Below, one piece after another: positions 27,444 through 32,000 of a stretch of 32,000 nucleotides of DNA. How positions within the stretch are numbered: the first letter of the stretch is position 1; the number at the start of each line of letters is the position of its first letter. Under the pieces are notes generated by a model, which saw nothing but the letters and a program-made list of their open reading frames with translations, was not told the DNA's origin and ran no database searches. The DNA is from Pseudomonas aeruginosa. Lineage in GTDB: Bacteria > Pseudomonadota > Gammaproteobacteria > Pseudomonadales > Pseudomonadaceae. The stretch spans positions 840,001 to 872,000 of the forward strand of contig NZ_LN831024.1 in NCBI RefSeq assembly GCF_001457615.1. Direction: 5' to 3'. A program made the position numbers and the translations under genes.

Positions 27444-27706
27444 CTGTACAGTCCCGAAAGAAATGAACAGCCGGCGACCGCCGTCGAGGGGGGAGACGGG
27501 GCGCCGGCCGGAGCCTGCAATCTAAGGGCTGGGGCGGGGGTAAAACAGCTTCAGGTCGATATGGAATTTGGGTATCAGATGGGGCGGGGGAAGGCGTTCG
27601 TGCAGGGCGGCGGCGCATACCGGGATGGGGGACGCGAGCCGATCATGGCGGATGACCGCGCGCGGTTATCCGCCCTACGCCGGGGTGGCTTTCCGTCTGC
27701 GGGGCG

Positions 27707-29209
27707 TCATCCCGCCAGCGACTGGGCGATCCGCCCGAGTGTCTCCATCGCCTTCTCCTGCCGCGCGCTCCACGGGTGCCCGTAGTTGAGCCGGGCGCAA
27801 TGGGCGAAGCGGCGGGTGGCGGAGAAGATCGGCCCCGGGGCGAGGCTGATGCCCTGGGCCAGGGCCAGTTGGAACAGGCGCAGCGAGTCGACCGCCTCGG
27901 GCAACTCCAGCCAGAGGAAGTAGCCGCCGCTGGGACGGCTGACCCGGGTCTGCTCGGGGAAGTAACGCGCCACCGCCGCGAGCATGGCGTTCTGCTGGGT
28001 CTCCAGGGCGTAGCGCAGCTTGCGCAGGTGGCGGTCGTAGCCGCCGTGCTGGAGATAGTCGGCGATGGCCGCCTGGGCCGGGATCGACGCCGACAGGCTG
28101 GTCATCAGCTTCAGTCGCTCGATCTGCTCGGCGTAGCGTCCGCCGGCCACCCAGCCGACCCGGTAGCCCGGCGCCAGGCTCTTGGAGAAGGAACTGCAGT
28201 GCATCACCAGGCCTTCCTGGTCGTAGGCCTTGACCGGTTTCGGCGCCTGCTGGCCGAAGTACAGCTCGGCGTAGACGTCATCCTCGATCATCGGCACCTG
28301 GTGGCGCGCCAGCAGCTCGGCGAGGGCGCGTTTCTTCTCGTCGTCCATGCTCGCGCCCATCGGGTTCTGGAAGTTGCTCATGAACCAGCAGGCCTTGATC
28401 GGCAGGCGCTCCAGGCTGTCGGCGAGCACTTCCAGGTCGATGCCTTCGCGCGGATGCACGGGGATTTCCACCGCCTTCAGCTTCAACCGTTCCAGCACCT
28501 GCAGGGTGGCGTAGAACGCCGGCGCCTCGATGGCCACCAGGTCGCCGGGACGGGTGACCACCTGCAGGCAGAGGTTGAGTGCCTCCAGCGCGCCGTTGCT
28601 GATGACCAGTTCTTCCACCGGCAGCAGCAGGCCGCCGACCATGTAGCGCAGGGCGATCTGCCGGCGCAGGCCATGGTTGCCCGGCGTCATGTCGGCGACC
28701 ACCGACTGCGGGTCCATGTCGCGCACCGCGTGGGCCATCGAGCGCGCCAGGCGCGGCAGGGGAAACAGTTGCGGGCTGGGGAACGCCGAGCCGAAGGGCA
28801 CGGTGTCCGGGTCCTTGATCGAACTGAGTACGGAGAACACCAGCTCGCTGACGTCGACCTCGGTGGCGTCGGCCTGGCGCGGGCTGATCTCCGGTTCCGG
28901 CAGCGGCCGCTGCACGTGCTGGCAGACGAAGTAGCCGGAGCGTGCGCGGGCCATGATCAGCCCACGGCTTTCCAGCAGGTAGTAGGCCTGGAACACGGTG
29001 GAAGCGCTGACCCCGTAGGTACGACTGGCGTGCCGTACCGAGGGCACCTTCTGCCCGGGGGCGAGGACGCCGGTGCGGATCAGCTCGGCAATCTCGTCGG
29101 CGAATTTCTCGTAGCGCTTCATCTTGTCCTGGCCGCTGTCCTGGCTGGCCGTGGGCACGGCCGCTGGCGCCCACTCTATGCGCGCCGGGACCGTGTTGTC
29201 ATGCCTCAT
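27707..29209 (-). CDS. mpaR: MocR/GntR-family regulator with aminotransferase-like domain
   Basis: GntR wHTH (KVPSVRHASRTYGVSASTVFQAYYLLESRGLI) plus fold-type I PLP domain with SSFSKSLAPGYRVGWV. AGGAGG SD upstream of the ATG. Confidence 0.88.
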   Translation of the reverse strand: MRHDNTVPARIEWAPAAVPTASQDSGQDKMKRYEKFADEIAELIRTGVLAPGQKVPSVRHASRTYGVSASTVFQAYYLLESRGLIMARARSGYFVCQHVQRPLPEPEISPRQADATEVDVSELVFSVLSSIKDPDTVPFGSAFPSPQLFPLPRLARSMAHAVRDMDPQSVVADMTPGNHGLRRQIALRYMVGGLLLPVEELVISNGALEALNLCLQVVTRPGDLVAIEAPAFYATLQVLERLKLKAVEIPVHPREGIDLEVLADSLERLPIKACWFMSNFQNPMGASMDDEKKRALAELLARHQVPMIEDDVYAELYFGQQAPKPVKAYDQEGLVMHCSSFSKSLAPGYRVGWVAGGRYAEQIERLKLMTSLSASIPAQAAIADYLQHGGYDRHLRKLRYALETQQNAMLAAVARYFPEQTRVSRPSGGYFLWLELPEAVDSLRLFQLALAQGISLAPGPIFSATRRFAHCARLNYGHPWSARQEKAMETLGRIAQSLAG

Positions 29210-29219
29210 CGCGGCCTCC

Positions 29220-30650
29220 TCAGCGCGCCGGCGAAACGAAGGTGCTGGTGCTGCCGACCGCCAGGCTCGGGTCGTCGATGCCGCGCAGGCTGAACGCCAG
29301 CGGTTGCGAGCCGGCCCTGGCGCGTTCGGCGGTAGAGGCCACCGACACCGGGAAGTCGAGGATCTCGCCGGGCTTCAGGCTCAGGGTGTGCTCGCCCTGC
29401 AGGCGGAACTCCGGCGCGTCGTCGAGTTGCAGGCGATAGCGCTGCGGCTGCTGGGTCTTGTTGATGACCTTGAGGGTGTAGATGTTCTCGATCTGCCCGG
29501 CGGCGTTCTCGCGGAACAGCCCACGGTCGCGGGTCACGTCCAGCGAGGCCAGCGGGCGGGCATCCAGGGCGACGACGAAGGCGCCGATCATCGCCAGCAT
29601 CACCGCCGCGTAGCCGACCAGGCGTGGACGCAGGAAGCGGGTCTGGCCACCTTCCAGGGCGCGTTCCGAGGTGTAGCGCACCAGGCCGCGTTCATAGCCC
29701 ATCTTGTCCATGATCGAGTCGCAGGCGTCGACGCAGGCGGCGCAGCCGATGCAGGCGATCTGCAGGCCGTCGCGGATGTCGATGCCGGTGGGGCAGACCT
29801 GCACGCACTGCTGGCAGTCGATGCAGTCGCCGAGCCCCTGGGCGCGCGGATCGCTGCCTTTCTTGCGGGCGCCGCGGGACTCGCCGCGGGCGGCATCGTA
29901 GGACACGATCAGGGTGTCCTTGTCGAACATCACGCTCTGGAAGCGCGAGTAGGGGCACATGTGGATGCACACCTGCTCGCGCAGCCAGCCGGCGTTGACA
30001 TAGGTGGCGGCGGTGAAGAACAGCACCCAGAACAGGCTTTCCAGGTCCAGCTGGAAGCTGAACAGGTCGGCCACCAGCGGCCGCACCGGAGTGAAGTAGC
30101 CGATGAAGGTGATCGCCGTGACCAGGCTCACACCCAGCCACAGCGCGTGCTTGGCCGTTTTGCGCAAGAGCTTGGCGGCGCTCGCCGGACCCTGGTCGAG
30201 CTTGATCCGCGCATTGCGGTCGCCCTCGGTGACCTTCTCGCACCACATGAACACCCAGGTCCACACGCTCTGCGGGCAGGTATAGCCGCACCAGACGCGG
30301 CCGGCGAACACGGTGATGAAGAACAGGCCGAAGGCGGCGATGATCAGCAGCGCCGAGAGCAGGATGAAGTCCTGCGGCCAGAAGGTCGCGCCGAAAATGT
30401 AGAACTTGCGTTCGGGCAGGTCCCAGAGCACCGCCTGGCGGCCGTTCCAGTTCAGCCACAGGGTGCCGAAGAACAGCAGGAACAGCAGGCCGCCGCCGAG
30501 GCGGCGGAAGTTGCGGAACAGACCGGTGAAGCTGCGGGTGTAGATCGGGCCGTTCACCGCCGACGGCAGCTTGCCGGGCGCGGGCGGCTGTTTCGACGGA
30601 GCGGCCGGTGCGGCGGGCTCGACCTGGATCGCGGGAATTCTTTCGCTCAT
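29220..30650 (-). CDS. CcoG/RdxA-like polyferredoxin (4Fe-4S membrane protein)
   Basis: 476 aa. WCGYTCPQSVW, CIHMCPYSRFQ, CIDCQQCVQVCPTGIDIRDGLQIACIGCAACVDAC, C-terminal Ig-like domain. Confidence 0.93.
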   Translation of the reverse strand: MSERIPAIQVEPAAPAAPSKQPPAPGKLPSAVNGPIYTRSFTGLFRNFRRLGGGLLFLLFFGTLWLNWNGRQAVLWDLPERKFYIFGATFWPQDFILLSALLIIAAFGLFFITVFAGRVWCGYTCPQSVWTWVFMWCEKVTEGDRNARIKLDQGPASAAKLLRKTAKHALWLGVSLVTAITFIGYFTPVRPLVADLFSFQLDLESLFWVLFFTAATYVNAGWLREQVCIHMCPYSRFQSVMFDKDTLIVSYDAARGESRGARKKGSDPRAQGLGDCIDCQQCVQVCPTGIDIRDGLQIACIGCAACVDACDSIMDKMGYERGLVRYTSERALEGGQTRFLRPRLVGYAAVMLAMIGAFVVALDARPLASLDVTRDRGLFRENAAGQIENIYTLKVINKTQQPQRYRLQLDDAPEFRLQGEHTLSLKPGEILDFPVSVASTAERARAGSQPLAFSLRGIDDPSLAVGSTSTFVSPAR

Positions 30651-31046
30651 TTTTCGTAGGCCCATCAGGCTGGAGAGGCGGTTGCGACTATAGGAACCGG
30701 CTGATGGGCGAAACAGCGGCAGATCGAGCGGGAAAAACCGTATCAGATGCCTCCGGAAAGCAGCGGCCCAGCATTGCCGCGGGTTGCCGGGCGACCTCGG
30801 GCAGTACAGATATGCGCCCCGTGGCAACCGGTCGCAGGCGGCACGAATTCGCCGCCGTCGGCCATCTGATGTGTTTTTTTCGGCGGAATCTGCCGCTGTT
30901 TCGCTGTCTGTACGCGGGCGATAGTGGGTGCCAGTGAACACCGGCCCATCCTGTCGCCAGAAACAGGGGCGCAGCCGGTCCCCGGTTTCTTCGCCACGCA
31001 CCCTGCCCGTCATCGGTGGAGAAACCCTGTCGATGAGGGCTTTGCG

Positions 31047-32000
31047 ATGTACCAGTACGACGAATACGACCAGGCGCTGGTGAGCGAGCGGGTGGCGCAG
31101 TTCCGCGACCAGATCGCCCGCCGCCTCGACGGCGAACTGAGCGAGGAGGAGTTCCTCCCGCTGCGCCTGCAGAACGGCCTGTACCTGCAGAAGCACGCCT
31201 ACATGCTGCGCGTGGCGATTCCCTACGGCACCCTCTCGTCGCCGCAACTGCGCGCCTTGGCGCACGTCGCCCGGCACTACGACCGCGGCTACGGGCACTT
31301 CACCACGCGGCAGAACATCCAGTTCAACTGGATCGAACTGGAGCAGGTCGGCGATATCCTCGAACACCTCGCCGGCGCGCAGATGCATGCGATCCAGACC
31401 TCCGGCAACTGCGTGCGCAACATCACCACCGAAGCCTTCGCCGGGGTCGCCGCGGACGAATGGACCGACCCCCGGCCGCTGGCCGAGATCCTGCGCCAGT
31501 GGTCGACGGTGAACCCGGAGTTCCTGTTCCTCCCGCGCAAGTTCAAGATCGCCCTCAGTTCGGCGGTGGAAGACCGCGCCGCGGTGCAGATGCACGACAT
31601 CGGCCTGTACCTTTACCGCCACCCCGACGCCGGCGAGTTGCGCCTGCGGGTCCTGGTCGGCGGCGGCCTGGGACGCACGCCGATGCTCGGCCAGGTGATC
31701 CGCGACGACCTGCCCTGGCAGCACCTGTTGTCCTACGTCGAGGCGATCCTGCGGGTCTACAACCGCTACGGCCGGCGCGACAACAAGTACAAGGCGCGGA
31801 TCAAGATCCTGGTCAAGGCGCTGGGCATCGAGGCTTTCGCCCGCGAGGTGGAGGAAGAGTGGCAGCACCTGCGCGACGGCCCGGCGCAACTGACTGCCGA
31901 GGAGTGCCAGCGGGTCGCCGAGCGCTTCGTATTGCCGCGCTACCTGCCGCCGGCCGGCGGCGAGCTGGCCTACGGCAGCGCCCGTGCGGCCGATCCGGCC
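31047..32000 (+). CDS. Ferredoxin-type nitrite/sulfite reductase, beta subunit-like hemoprotein (3'-truncated by window edge)
   Basis: Open from MYQYDEYDQALVSERVAQFRDQIARRLDGELSEEEFLPLRLQNGLYLQKHAYMLRVAIPYG, with TTRQNIQFNW and TSGNCVRNITTEAFAG. Runs off the window end. Confidence 0.9.
   Translation, partial: MYQYDEYDQALVSERVAQFRDQIARRLDGELSEEEFLPLRLQNGLYLQKHAYMLRVAIPYGTLSSPQLRALAHVARHYDRGYGHFTTRQNIQFNWIELEQVGDILEHLAGAQMHAIQTSGNCVRNITTEAFAGVAADEWTDPRPLAEILRQWSTVNPEFLFLPRKFKIALSSAVEDRAAVQMHDIGLYLYRHPDAGELRLRVLVGGGLGRTPMLGQVIRDDLPWQHLLSYVEAILRVYNRYGRRDNKYKARIKILVKALGIEAFAREVEEEWQHLRDGPAQLTAEECQRVAERFVLPRYLPPAGGELAYGSARAADPA

Noticed and set aside
29124-30659. 511-aa plus-strand ORF opposite the CcoG-like gene
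   Set aside because: Compositionally biased antisense ORF; the minus strand has diagnostic ferredoxin motifs.

Overview
This window is ordinary high-GC chromosomal DNA. From recalled gene order and protein families it matches Pseudomonas aeruginosa, roughly the PA4155 to PA4130 neighbourhood; no database search was run. Contents, left to right: (1) 3' part of an LLM-class flavin monooxygenase and an SH3-domain protein. (2) An acetoin/2,3-butanediol catabolic operon on the minus strand (SDR, acoX-like, acoA, acoB, acoC, butanediol dehydrogenase), with divergent acoR and a clear sigma-54 promoter. (3) A LysE exporter and a LysR regulator. (4) A class II microcin-like system: two small glycine-rich precursors with double-glycine-type leaders (17478-17777 and 20011-20310), a dedicated C39-peptidase ABC exporter, an HlyD adaptor, a TolC-like channel, and a Tat-exported FAD oxidase between the precursors. 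(5) tyrS preceded by an 18-aa leader peptide with a Tyr-Tyr-Ala-Tyr run and mutually exclusive RNA stems, a textbook-like attenuator. (6) An OprD-family porin, an MFS transporter and a MarR regulator. (7) The orphan cbb3 subunit ccoN4 cluster with a small Cys-rich membrane protein, a MocR/GntR regulator, a CcoG-like protein and a nitrite/sulfite reductase. The strongest undescribed-looking signals are the two-peptide microcin-like locus with its embedded oxidase and no obvious immunity gene, the tyrS attenuator, and shared A-rich Crc/Hfq-like motifs in three catabolic leaders.
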